A stretch of DNA of 64,000 bases from Patescibacteria group bacterium (GTDB taxonomy: Bacteria > Patescibacteriota > Patescibacteriia > JAXHNJ01), in assembly GCA_041649715.1 (NCBI GenBank), contig JBAZMP010000002.1, positions 4,964-68,963 on the forward strand, written 5' to 3'. The notes below the pieces were generated by a model. That model made no database searches, had not been told where the DNA came from, and saw nothing but the letters and a program-made list of their open reading frames with translations. Shown here in pieces: positions 1-7,971 of this stretch. How positions within the stretch are numbered: the first letter of the stretch is position 1; every line of letters starts with the position of its first letter. The translations under genes were made by a program, and so were the position numbers.

Positions 1-17
1 TCCTACAATATATCCCC

Positions 18-47
18 TTGACAAACCCTCTTTTTTGCGCTAAGGTT
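18..47 (+). promoter_or_regulatory. Possible sigma70-type promoter for the 99..545 gene. TTGACA at 18-23, a 17-nt spacer, then a weak -10 TAAGGT at 41-46. An AAAGGAG Shine-Dalgarno site sits 5 nt before ATG 99.
   Basis: Perfect -35 hexamer read directly. The -10 matches only 3 of 6 positions. The ribosome-binding site GAAAGGAG is at 84-91. Confidence 0.2.
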
Positions 48-98
48 TTAAACAATAAACGGCTGGTAATCTTGAAACTTTGAAAGAAAGGAGTGGTC

Positions 99-545
99 AT
101 GAAAAGACTGCTGCTATTTACCGTTCTACTTCTCCTTCTCTCCTCGATGGCTTATGGCGGGCAAAAATGGTACTGGTCCGTACCGATAGACAAGGGCGTA
201 CTCGACCAGAAAAAGAGCACCTATCTCGCCATACCGGCCAATGGTTCTTTACATTTTTCCCTGGGCGCTGTTATAGCGACTTCACAACAAGCCTACCGCA
301 ACGCCAGTATAATTTTCAGCGGAGTGGAAAGCGACTCCGACGACATCGCCGTGATTGAAGCCAGATACGATGGGTCAAGTGCTTTCACCAACAGCGTCGT
401 CTACCGGCTGAAAAAGGGCATGAAAATCAGAATTGCCCATCCGTTAGTGGCGGAACGTGACGGCGGACCAGCCCCGCCGCTCACTCTCAAATTCGTGCAT
501 TACGCCCGGGGATCTGCCCAGTTTATTCTAAAGACCGGGGAATAA
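99..545 (+). CDS. Hypothetical secreted protein. N-terminal signal peptide MKRLLLFTVLLLLLSSMAYG. No recognisable domain.
   Basis: ORF with a good Shine-Dalgarno site (AAAGGAG, 5-nt spacer to ATG at 99). Hydrophobic leader and a rho-independent terminator directly downstream. The track's GTG start at 93 was rejected in favour of ATG 99. Confidence 0.5.
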   Translation: MKRLLLFTVLLLLLSSMAYGGQKWYWSVPIDKGVLDQKKSTYLAIPANGSLHFSLGAVIATSQQAYRNASIIFSGVESDSDDIAVIEARYDGSSAFTNSVVYRLKKGMKIRIAHPLVAERDGGPAPPLTLKFVHYARGSAQFILKTGE

Positions 546-560
546 CCGCGCTCTTCCCCC

Positions 561-595
561 AGCCGTCTACTTGCAAAAGTATGACGGCTTTTTTA
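561..595 (+). terminator. Rho-independent terminator of the 99..545 gene.
   Basis: Stem AGCCGTC (561-567) pairs with GACGGCT (583-589), followed by TTTTTT (590-595). Confidence 0.6.
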
Positions 596-710
596 CTAGA
601 TTATTATTATTTCTCTGATCCCCCGTGAGAAATTGCTGGGGGTCATCCCGGAATAAGTCTCAAGCTATCGCACCCGCACCTCGCTTTGTGAGGCGCTTTT
701 TTATTCCACT

Positions 711-741
711 AAAAATTCCGCGCAGACTGGAAAGTCTGCGC
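711..741 (-). terminator. Rho-independent terminator on the minus strand, downstream of the radical SAM gene.
   Basis: Perfect 9-bp stem GCGCAGACT / AGTCTGCGC (720-728 / 733-741) with loop GGAA. On the minus strand it is followed by a U-run (plus-strand A-run 711-715). Confidence 0.55.
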
Positions 742-776
742 TGTGAATATATAATAATTGTATTTCAATTTTAAAT

Positions 777-808
777 AGCGCGCCTTTTCTAAGGCGCGCT
801 GGCTTTTT
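777..808. terminator. GC-rich perfect hairpin abutting the stop codon of 807..1832. It looks like a bidirectional terminator or mRNA-stabilising stem.
   Basis: Stem AGCGCGCC (777-784) pairs with GGCGCGCT (793-800), followed on the plus strand by GGCTTTTT. It lies immediately 3' of the TAA (807-809) of the minus-strand gene. Confidence 0.35.
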
Positions 809-1832
809 AACTTTTAAACACCTCTTCCAACCCCCGCGAAAAATTGCAGCCGATGATGCGGCAGTATTTGCCGCAAATCTTAATATTCTTTCTTTCCCGG
901 CTGGCTTTTTCATCCTTTAAAATATCTCCTAAATTTTCTTTGGCCAGATTGCCGATAACCTGCCCCTTAAAACATAAGGCGACCTCACCATTCGGATAGA
1001 CCACCAGATTTCTCTGGCCGGCGAAACAGCGGTATTTTAAGACATTCGGCGGGTTTAGATAATATTCTGCCATCGCCTTGATATTGGCCGGGGAGTTTTT
1101 GATCGGGCAGTTTTTATAATTCGCTAAGACCCAGTCGAAAAATTTAACCGCCTCGTTTTTTGCCGGCCACAAACTTTCAAGAAGACGGCTAGATTGTTTG
1201 TCTTTCGAGGCTTCCGATTCCACGCTTTCATCCAACGGCTGCAGAATAATACTGGCGCCAGACAAAGTCTTTAAATATTTTAACAACTCCGGCAGATCAG
1301 CGATATTTTTCGCCGTGATCAAAACGCCGATTTCCAATTTTATCCGGCTTTCAGAAGCCACTTTTAAGGCTTTCATCGCCTGACGGTAGGCCTGCGGATT
1401 ACCCCGCAAATCATTGTGAATGTTTTCTTTTATGCTATAGAAAGAAACCTTCAAAAGATCCAAGCCGACTTTTTCCAGCTCGGCCACTGTTTCTTTATTA
1501 ATCAGCAGGCCGTTGGAGTTTAAAGCGACATTTTTAAAATGCGGTTTTAAAGTTTTGACTAAAGACGAAACCAACTCTTTTTTTAACAACGGTTCGCCGC
1601 CGTTTATTTCCACAAAAGTCTCTGGACCAAAAAAATCTTTGGCTTTTCGCGCTATTCCCAACCACTCATTTTCCGATAATTCTAGGGCGAGAGGTTTTTG
1701 CCAAATAGAGCAGCTCTGGCAGCGGAAATTGCAGCGAAAAGTAATAATCAAGCTTAAAAACTCCGGCGCTAGATTATACCGGCCGGTTACGAAGCTTTCT
1801 TCCCTTTTTAATTTTTTAAATATTTTATTCAC
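807..1832 (-). CDS. Radical SAM enzyme with a C-terminal SPASM/twitch Cys-rich domain (peptide- or cofactor-maturase-like).
   Basis: CxxxCxxC motif (CNFRCQSC) near the N-terminus. C-terminal auxiliary-cluster pattern CFAGQ...VYPNGEVALC...IGNL...C..C....GC. Confidence 0.75.
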   Translation of the reverse strand: MNKIFKKLKREESFVTGRYNLAPEFLSLIITFRCNFRCQSCSIWQKPLALELSENEWLGIARKAKDFFGPETFVEINGGEPLLKKELVSSLVKTLKPHFKNVALNSNGLLINKETVAELEKVGLDLLKVSFYSIKENIHNDLRGNPQAYRQAMKALKVASESRIKLEIGVLITAKNIADLPELLKYLKTLSGASIILQPLDESVESEASKDKQSSRLLESLWPAKNEAVKFFDWVLANYKNCPIKNSPANIKAMAEYYLNPPNVLKYRCFAGQRNLVVYPNGEVALCFKGQVIGNLAKENLGDILKDEKASRERKNIKICGKYCRIIGCNFSRGLEEVFKS

Positions 1833-1897
1833 CTTTTTATTGAAATCTATTCCGCCACGCAGAAGATATCATCTAAGCGACATTTACTAGTAAGAAT

Positions 1898-2392
1898 TTA
1901 ATTTTTAGATGATTTTTCCGTACTTAAATCATACTTGTGTAATTTACGTATAACTAGCCAGTAAGCAACCACGGTATATATAGAAATGATATGCATTATT
2001 AGATAGAAATACATACTAATAACATACGGCAAAAAACCAGATTGATTTGAATCGATAGATTGATTAATAATGTGAGGTAATGTTACAAAACCGCCACCCA
2101 ATGTATATGAAACAATGATAAATATGATTAAAAGATATCGAATAATACTCCATAAGCGAAATATGCCAAAAATAATCAAAATTTGTAATATCTGCAATAT
2201 TAACAACCATAACGCTATCATCGCAACAAGGGGTGCTGCAAAACCAAATGTAAATAATTGAGAGCCCCCAAGGTCAATATAGTCAATTACAGATACTATT
2301 AGATTATAAAGATTAATAATAATTACTGAGTACCACAAATACTTAATTAGCTGATTATTCCGAATTATTTCTCTCTTTACCTGATAATTCAT
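1898..2392 (-). CDS. Hypothetical polytopic membrane protein. The gene is markedly AT-rich.
   Basis: 164-aa ORF with about 4 predicted hydrophobic helices. Local GC is clearly lower than in the flanks. Confidence 0.4.
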   Translation of the reverse strand: MNYQVKREIIRNNQLIKYLWYSVIIINLYNLIVSVIDYIDLGGSQLFTFGFAAPLVAMIALWLLILQILQILIIFGIFRLWSIIRYLLIIFIIVSYTLGGGFVTLPHIINQSIDSNQSGFLPYVISMYFYLIMHIISIYTVVAYWLVIRKLHKYDLSTEKSSKN

Positions 2393-2409
2393 GGGGGCTT
2401 TAATATTAA

Positions 2410-4176
2410 TTACTCCGCCACCCTAAACACTTCACTCACCGAGGTGATCCCGTCCAAGGCCTTTATCAAGCCATCCTGCACCATGGTCACCATGCCGTTT
2501 TTTACCGCGATATCACGCATGTCATATTCCGAAACCTGGCCGGATAGGATTATTTTCTCGATTTCGGCGTTCATGATCAAAACCTCAAAAATGCCGATGC
2601 GGCCGGCAAAAGTACTGTAATTGCAGGCCGGACAGCCGGCTCCCCGGTAAAATTTCAAAGGTTTGCTTAAATCCACTTTCCTTTCCGCCGTGGCCGGCAA
2701 TTTAGCGAGTGTCTCCTTGATTTTATCTGAAGTCTCTTTGTCCAAATGATCTTCAGTCTTGCATTTGGCGCAGATCCGGCGGACCAGACGCTGGGCCATC
2801 ACCGCGTTCAGGGCCGGGGCGAGCAAAAACGGTTTCGTGCCCATGGCCAGGAAACGGGGGATGACGCCGGCGGCATCATTGGCGTGAATGGTGGATAAAA
2901 CCAAATGGCCGGTCAAAGCGGCTTGAATGGCGATTTCCGCCGTTTCCAAATCCCTTACCTCGCCGACCATGATGACATCCGGGTCCTGCCGTAAGATGGA
3001 CTTCAGGCCGTTGGCATAAGTGTATCTTTTCGGCCCGGTGCGGGCGATCGTTTTTCCTTCTCGCGTCATTATCCTGGCCGCCGCTTCATCGGATTCGCCC
3101 GAAGAATCAATCTGCGTTTGGATGATGCCGGCCAGCTGATACTCAATGGGGTCTTCCAGGGTGATGATTTTTGTTTCCGGACTGTTCAGCTTATTTAGGA
3201 TTGAGTAAAGGGCGGTGGTTTTACCGGAACCGGTGGGACCGGAGGTGATGATCATGCCGTTGGGCCGCTCTATCTCCCGGTTTAATCTTTTCCGCGCTTC
3301 ACCGATGACGCCCAGATCTTCAAAGGATATTTTTTCCGCGTAGGCCATCAACAAGCGCATGACGACGCTTTCCCCGAAAGCCGAAGGAATGGTCGAGATA
3401 CGCACGTCTATCTTGCCTTCTTTTAAAAGCAGGTTCAGCCGGCCGTCCTGCGGCGTCTTATCCACGTTGATCTTCAGGCCGGCGAGCAGCTTGATGCGGC
3501 TGATGATCCTTTTCCACATGTCTTTGGGCAGAGTCGCGACATCGCGCAGTACGCCGTCCAGCCGGTAACGCACCTTGATGTCATTTTCTTCCGCTTCAAT
3601 GTGAAGATCGGAGGCCTTGGCTTGAATGGCGCCGGCGATAATCAAATTAAGGGTTTCCGTCAGAGGGACCTGATGGACTTTTTCCGCCAGGTCCTTAAAA
3701 CCTCCCATTTCGTTTTTATAGCGGTCAATCGCCGATTGCGTGATTTCCATCCCCTTGACCTCTTTTTTAAAAACGGGCAGATGCTCATACAGCTTCAGGG
3801 CTTCCGCATAACTGTGTTGCGATATAAGATAAACTGCCACGTGGGCCTGATTTTTTTCCGCGACTTTTTCCACCAGTTCCGCAATTTGGGGGTTTTCCGC
3901 ATTGATGGTCCCCAGCCGGATTTCCTGGCCGGATTTCAAAAAACAGATGGCCTGGTATTTCAAGGCTTCCTCTTTGGATAAAAGAGTCAGGGTCTCCGGA
4001 CCAATGGGAAAACCGACCAGATTAATGTAATTAAGGCCGGCCGACATGGCATTTTCCTGAACCAACCTTTCCTTTTCCCTAAGATTGATCTGGCTCATCT
4101 TTTCCGCGAATTTTTCCTCCACCTCTTTGGCGGCCACCCGATAATTAGATTGTTTATCGTCTGACGAAGCAATCAT
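2410..4176 (-). CDS. pilB: Type IV pilus assembly / type II secretion ATPase of the PilB/GspE family.
   Basis: Walker A GPTGSGKTT, GspE-type N-terminal domain, Asp/His boxes, and a C-terminal tetracysteine motif CAKC...CPAC. Confidence 0.8.
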   Translation of the reverse strand: MIASSDDKQSNYRVAAKEVEEKFAEKMSQINLREKERLVQENAMSAGLNYINLVGFPIGPETLTLLSKEEALKYQAICFLKSGQEIRLGTINAENPQIAELVEKVAEKNQAHVAVYLISQHSYAEALKLYEHLPVFKKEVKGMEITQSAIDRYKNEMGGFKDLAEKVHQVPLTETLNLIIAGAIQAKASDLHIEAEENDIKVRYRLDGVLRDVATLPKDMWKRIISRIKLLAGLKINVDKTPQDGRLNLLLKEGKIDVRISTIPSAFGESVVMRLLMAYAEKISFEDLGVIGEARKRLNREIERPNGMIITSGPTGSGKTTALYSILNKLNSPETKIITLEDPIEYQLAGIIQTQIDSSGESDEAAARIMTREGKTIARTGPKRYTYANGLKSILRQDPDVIMVGEVRDLETAEIAIQAALTGHLVLSTIHANDAAGVIPRFLAMGTKPFLLAPALNAVMAQRLVRRICAKCKTEDHLDKETSDKIKETLAKLPATAERKVDLSKPLKFYRGAGCPACNYSTFAGRIGIFEVLIMNAEIEKIILSGQVSEYDMRDIAVKNGMVTMVQDGLIKALDGITSVSEVFRVAE

Positions 4177-4229
4177 ATTCTATCCTTTAATTGCCTATAT
4201 TATAGCAGAAAAAATGATTACAGGAAACC

Positions 4230-4255
4230 AAAAAAGAGGAGTTAAGTATCCTCTT
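4230..4255 (-). terminator. Rho-independent terminator after the NrnA-like gene (minus strand).
   Basis: Stem AAGAGGA (4234-4240) pairs with TCCTCTT (4249-4255). On the minus strand it is followed by a U-run (plus-strand A-run 4230-4233). Confidence 0.45.
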
Positions 4256-4278
4256 TATTTCGGCAGATTGGCAAGATT

Positions 4279-5481
4279 TTAGTACCCGGTCTGATAAAAG
4301 CTCTTAACCCGTTCGAGAATCTTCTTTTCGGCCGCCGCTAGATCAGCCGCCGGTAATTCCACGCGGGTAAAATCCTTGGTTCCGCCCGGATTATATTCCC
4401 GGAAAAGCCGGAAACCATCGATCTGTTTAGTGCTGTAAACGATGCCTTTTATTTTCTTATCCTCCGCTTCGTAGAGGAGGGCGACGACCTCCGCCAAAGG
4501 TGTATTAATGATCAATTCATCGATCACGCCGATCAGATGATCGTCGCTGGCGCCGGATTCTTCAAAGTCATGGCGGGAAACCAGCGACCAGACCAGGCGG
4601 TGCTCCACGCCTTCTTTCAGGCGGGCCAGCACCCGACCCCACAGCTTTAACGTGGCGATATTTTTGGTTTGAAACAGGTTCTTGATGATTTCTTCCCGTC
4701 TCGCGCCGGAGGCGACCAGATGGGAAGCGATGGCCAATGACTTGGGCGTCACCGAAGTGGTGCGGAAACTTTTCGTCTTGGAAATTATGCCGGCCAGCAA
4801 ATTAGTGGCGATTTGTTCATTTAGGATATCCGCGCCCATTTCCTTGATCAGCTCAAAAATTATTTCCGAAATGGAGGTCGCCGTGATATCCACCAGATTG
4901 ATCTGTCCGAAAAAATCATTGGCGGGATTATGATCGATATTGATGATCGGGGTATGGTAAAAAAATTCAGCGTTGTTGTCATAGAGCTTGCCGACCGTGT
5001 CCAGATCGATGGCATCGAGCACGTAAATCAGGTCATACTCATACATCCCGGCTGAAGTAGTCAGATCCCTTTCCTCAAAAAAACCGTTTTTCGGCGTGAT
5101 AAATATATTAAGCTTGTTTTTGTCCTTGTCGATATCGTAGCTCAATTCCTCCACCTTGGTCCGCGAAACATCCAGAGATACAATGAACTTACGCAGAGTC
5201 GTTAATTCCGAAAATATTTCCGCGCTTTTGGGCAAAAAATTATGGGAGGGGGGCAGGCTAAATTCACTGCAAACGATCTTCGCTTTCTTGTTTAGCTTTT
5301 CAAAAGTCAAAAAAAGGGCAAGGCTGGAGGCAATGGCGTCCGTCGTGGGATTATTCGGCAAGACAATGACCACATTGCTCGCTCTTTTGGTGATATCGAT
5401 CGCCTGTTTATAGGGTAATGGTTCCATGTCCTTTTTAAAAAATGAATAAATAAGTATAACGGGAGTAGGAAAAACTGTCAA
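4279..5481 (-). CDS. DHH/DHHA1-family phosphoesterase related to NrnA (oligoribonuclease/pAp phosphatase) with degenerate catalytic motifs.
   Basis: Collinear with NrnA. The IDHN(P) segment replaces IDHH, ITATSISEIIFEL matches TSASSVSEMIYEL, and the C-terminal NPGGTK replaces GGGH. Confidence 0.6.
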   Translation of the reverse strand: MTVFPTPVILIYSFFKKDMEPLPYKQAIDITKRASNVVIVLPNNPTTDAIASSLALFLTFEKLNKKAKIVCSEFSLPPSHNFLPKSAEIFSELTTLRKFIVSLDVSRTKVEELSYDIDKDKNKLNIFITPKNGFFEERDLTTSAGMYEYDLIYVLDAIDLDTVGKLYDNNAEFFYHTPIINIDHNPANDFFGQINLVDITATSISEIIFELIKEMGADILNEQIATNLLAGIISKTKSFRTTSVTPKSLAIASHLVASGARREEIIKNLFQTKNIATLKLWGRVLARLKEGVEHRLVWSLVSRHDFEESGASDDHLIGVIDELIINTPLAEVVALLYEAEDKKIKGIVYSTKQIDGFRLFREYNPGGTKDFTRVELPAADLAAAEKKILERVKSFYQTGY

Positions 5482-5528
5482 GCAAGTTGGCGGTTAAACC
5501 TCGTATTTGCTATATTTAAAGGACTGAA

Positions 5529-6002
5529 ATGCAAAAAATTACCACAAACAGCGCCCGCCAAACCAAAGAAATCGGCTTTAAATTAGCCAAAAATATTAAA
5601 GGCGGCACCATCATCGCTTTAATCGGCGATTTAGGCGCCGGCAAGACCACTTTTCTGCAAGGCTTGGGCAGCGGCCTTGGGGTAAAACAAAAAATCCTAA
5701 GCCCCTCCTTTCTGCAATTGAAGCCTTATCCAGTGCATAGCCGACCGTTAAAATATCTTTTTCATTTTGATTTTTACCGCCTGGTTTCCTTTTCAGAAGT
5801 AGAAAGCCGGGGGCTGACCGAATATCTGCGGTCTAAAAACGCCGTGGTGGTCATGGAGTGGGCGGACCGCATAAAAAAATTTCTCCCCGCCAAAGTGAAA
5901 TACATTTACTTCACTTTTATCGACCCGGGCAGGCGTTCTTTGCTTTTTAAGAATTTTAAAAAAGAGGAGCTTCAATTTTTATCCTCTTTTAATAAATTAT
6001 AA
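5529..6002 (+). CDS. tsaE: tRNA threonylcarbamoyladenosine (t6A) biosynthesis ATPase TsaE (YjeE).
   Basis: P-loop GDLGAGKTTFLQGL, SPSF...HFDFYRL pattern, and a size of about 157 aa. Confidence 0.7.
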   Translation: MQKITTNSARQTKEIGFKLAKNIKGGTIIALIGDLGAGKTTFLQGLGSGLGVKQKILSPSFLQLKPYPVHSRPLKYLFHFDFYRLVSFSEVESRGLTEYLRSKNAVVVMEWADRIKKFLPAKVKYIYFTFIDPGRRSLLFKNFKKEELQFLSSFNKL

Positions 6003-6012
6003 TAAGATTTTA

Positions 6013-6291
6013 TTAAGTCGTAACGGAAACGGTTTTTTCCGCGGAAACTTTTGCTTCCCGACCGACATTATCCTCCACCACCATTTTTTCCGGGGTCAAA
6101 GCGACAACCTGATCAATACCGATGATCAGCTCTTTATTTAAAAGGCCGCGGATAAGCTGGCGGCTTTTGACATAATAACGGATGACCCGGTGTTCATCGG
6201 CCTCCAGGTCAAAATGGGATATCGCGCCCAGAAGCTGGCCGCTTTTCGTTTCCACGGGCAGATTGATTATTTTTTTATGGCTTAATATCAT
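6013..6291 (-). CDS. Small PRC-barrel-like protein (YlmC/YmxH-like) downstream of yidC.
   Basis: KIINLPVETKSGQLLGAISHFDLEADEHRVIRYYV resembles PRC-barrel proteins. It overlaps yidC by 17 nt, suggesting an operon. Confidence 0.4.
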   Translation of the reverse strand: MILSHKKIINLPVETKSGQLLGAISHFDLEADEHRVIRYYVKSRQLIRGLLNKELIIGIDQVVALTPEKMVVEDNVGREAKVSAEKTVSVTT

Positions 6292-7054
6292 GTCCTTCCA
6301 GTTTGACAGGACGCTTTTTTAAATATATATACTGTTGGGCAATGGCAAACAGGGTCGTGACAAACCAATATAGGGCCAGGCCGGTAGGGAACCGGTAGCT
6401 GAAAAAAATAATCATCAACGGCATAAAATAAGTCATCGTCCGGGAAGTGGCCGCCGCCACACCTTCGTCCTTGGCCCCGGGGATATTTTTTGGCGGTTTT
6501 TTTGACAGCAGCATTTTTGACTGCCAAAATTGGGAGGCGCCAGCTAAAAGAGCCAAAATCCAGTTGCCCGTTTTAGTCAAATCCACAAAACCCAAAAACA
6601 TGGTATTTAAACTATTGACGGAAAAATAATTTTGCAGAGATCCGTAAAGATTGCTGATTTCACCTTGGACTAAAATATGGGTGCTGGGGTCAACTTTTAT
6701 GCCGTTAAAAAAGACTTGAAACAAGGCGTACAGAATGGGCAGCTGAATCAAGAGCGGCAAACAGGAGGAAAACGGATTAACTTTATTTTCCTTATAAAAT
6801 TGCATGGTTTGCCGGCCAAGTTCTTCGCGGTTGCCCTTGTATTTTGCTTTTAAGGCATCCAGCTTGGGCTGGATCTCCTGCATCTGACGCTGTTGTTTTA
6901 TGCTCGAAAGGGAGGGAACGTATAAAATCAAGCGGATGATGATGGTAAAAATTATGATGGCCACCCCTAAATCATGCCCGGGGATTATTTTAACCAAAAA
7001 CAAAAGGGCGTTTAGCAGTGGTTCGTATAAAATGACATGAAAAATATTACCCAT
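6275..7054 (-). CDS. yidC: Membrane protein insertase YidC/Oxa1 family (short form).
   Basis: Conserved insertase core (…NPFSSCLPLLIQLPILYALF…). Located after rnpA-yidD in the canonical order. Confidence 0.8.
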   Translation of the reverse strand: MGNIFHVILYEPLLNALLFLVKIIPGHDLGVAIIIFTIIIRLILYVPSLSSIKQQRQMQEIQPKLDALKAKYKGNREELGRQTMQFYKENKVNPFSSCLPLLIQLPILYALFQVFFNGIKVDPSTHILVQGEISNLYGSLQNYFSVNSLNTMFLGFVDLTKTGNWILALLAGASQFWQSKMLLSKKPPKNIPGAKDEGVAAATSRTMTYFMPLMIIFFSYRFPTGLALYWFVTTLFAIAQQYIYLKKRPVKLEGHDIKP

Positions 7055-7055
7055 A

Positions 7056-7316
7056 TTAATGCTGTTTTACCGGATCATAACCGCCAGCCGACAGCGGGTG
7101 ACAGCGTAAAATCCTTTTTAAGCCCATAAAAATGCCTTTAATTGGCCCAAATCTCTCTATCGCCTGGTAGGTATAGACCGAGCAGGTGGGGTAAAAACGG
7201 CAGTAACCTGACGGATGTTTATAGGAAAAAATCCCGTGGTCTGGGGATAATGTTTTTTGATAGGCCCGGATCAATTTCAAAACTATTGTTTTTAATAACC
7301 GGTTTAATCTCGCCAT
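7056..7316 (-). CDS. yidD: Membrane protein insertion efficiency factor YidD.
   Basis: About 86 aa with [10 protein letters not shown]. Sits between rnpA and yidC. Confidence 0.8.
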   Translation of the reverse strand: MARLNRLLKTIVLKLIRAYQKTLSPDHGIFSYKHPSGYCRFYPTCSVYTYQAIERFGPIKGIFMGLKRILRCHPLSAGGYDPVKQH

Positions 7317-7648
7317 AACTTCGCTTTTTTTATTAAACTTATCAGATTTTTTTCCAAGCCGCCGTACGCCAGGCCGAACACTGGTTTTTTCGCGGCAAAA
7401 ACGTAATCCAGACCCGGTGCAAAATTTCCCAAGTGGTGACGGATGATCTCGCTTAACTGCCTTTTAAAACGGTTCCGGGTTACGGCCTTGGGGGCCACTT
7501 TGGCGGAAATTACCTCCGCGAAACGGGGATTGCCTTCCTTGTTTGGCAGCGTTCTCAAGACTAAAAAAGGGGTAAAAAAATAATGGCCATAGCGGTAGAT
7601 CTTTTGAAAATCTGTTCTTCTTTTTAGGCGATATTTGGCCACAAGCAT
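7304..7648 (-). CDS. rnpA: RNase P protein component.
   Basis: Basic 114-aa protein (…[13 protein letters not shown]…) immediately downstream of rpmH. Confidence 0.8.
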   Translation of the reverse strand: MLVAKYRLKRRTDFQKIYRYGHYFFTPFLVLRTLPNKEGNPRFAEVISAKVAPKAVTRNRFKRQLSEIIRHHLGNFAPGLDYVFAAKKPVFGLAYGGLEKNLISLIKKAKLWRD

Positions 7649-7657
7649 ACAAATATC

Positions 7658-7795
7658 CTAAATGACCAGGCGGTGTCGGCCTTTTTGACGCCGTCGCGCT
7701 AAGACTTTCCGGCCGCTGGCGGTATGCATGCGGCGGCGAAAGCCATGACTGCGGCTTCTTTTTCTTTTTTTCGGTTGATAGGTCCTTTTCGGCAT
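7658..7795 (-). CDS. rpmH: 50S ribosomal protein L34.
   Basis: Manually translated 45-aa ORF: [45 protein letters not shown]. It falls below the ORF-track length cutoff. Confidence 0.85.
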   Translation of the reverse strand: MPKRTYQPKKRKRSRSHGFRRRMHTASGRKVLARRRQKGRHRLVI

Positions 7796-7971
7796 ATAAA
7801 TTTACTTTGTCAGTCTATCAGAAAAATTTAACCTGGTCAAACCCGCGCCACCCCTCCTTAATTCTCCCCATCGTATCCACATGTTATGCACAATTTATGG
7901 TATTTCGCTTATGTTTTAGTTCCCGGATTTATGGTATATTTTTAAATAGCTTCAAATTTATTTTTTTACTT
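7796..7971. promoter_or_regulatory. rpmH-dnaA intergenic region carrying the dnaA promoter and DnaA-box-like 9-mers (candidate oriC part).
   Basis: GTATCCACA at 7873-7881 and TTATGCACA at 7884-7892, each 8 of 9 matches to TTATCCACA. Canonical rpmH/dnaA divergent arrangement. Confidence 0.5.

Noticed and set aside
80-358. 92-aa ORF overlapping 99..545 in another frame.
   Set aside because: The overlapping frame has the Shine-Dalgarno site, signal peptide and terminator. The alternative is Arg-rich with no signal.
602-640. Apparent hairpin TGATCCCCC…GGGGGTCAT.
   Set aside because: On base-by-base pairing only the CCCCC/GGGGG core pairs. Flanking bases mismatch.
3359-3981. Plus-strand ORFs of 69 and 126 aa antisense to pilB.
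   Set aside because: They lie entirely inside a well-supported minus-strand gene. They are low complexity with no ribosome-binding site. Typical shadow ORFs.
7807-7971. Long N-terminal extension of dnaA in the track ORF.
   Set aside because: The extension covers the DnaA-box/promoter region and has no homology. ATG 7972 gives a canonical DnaA N-terminus.
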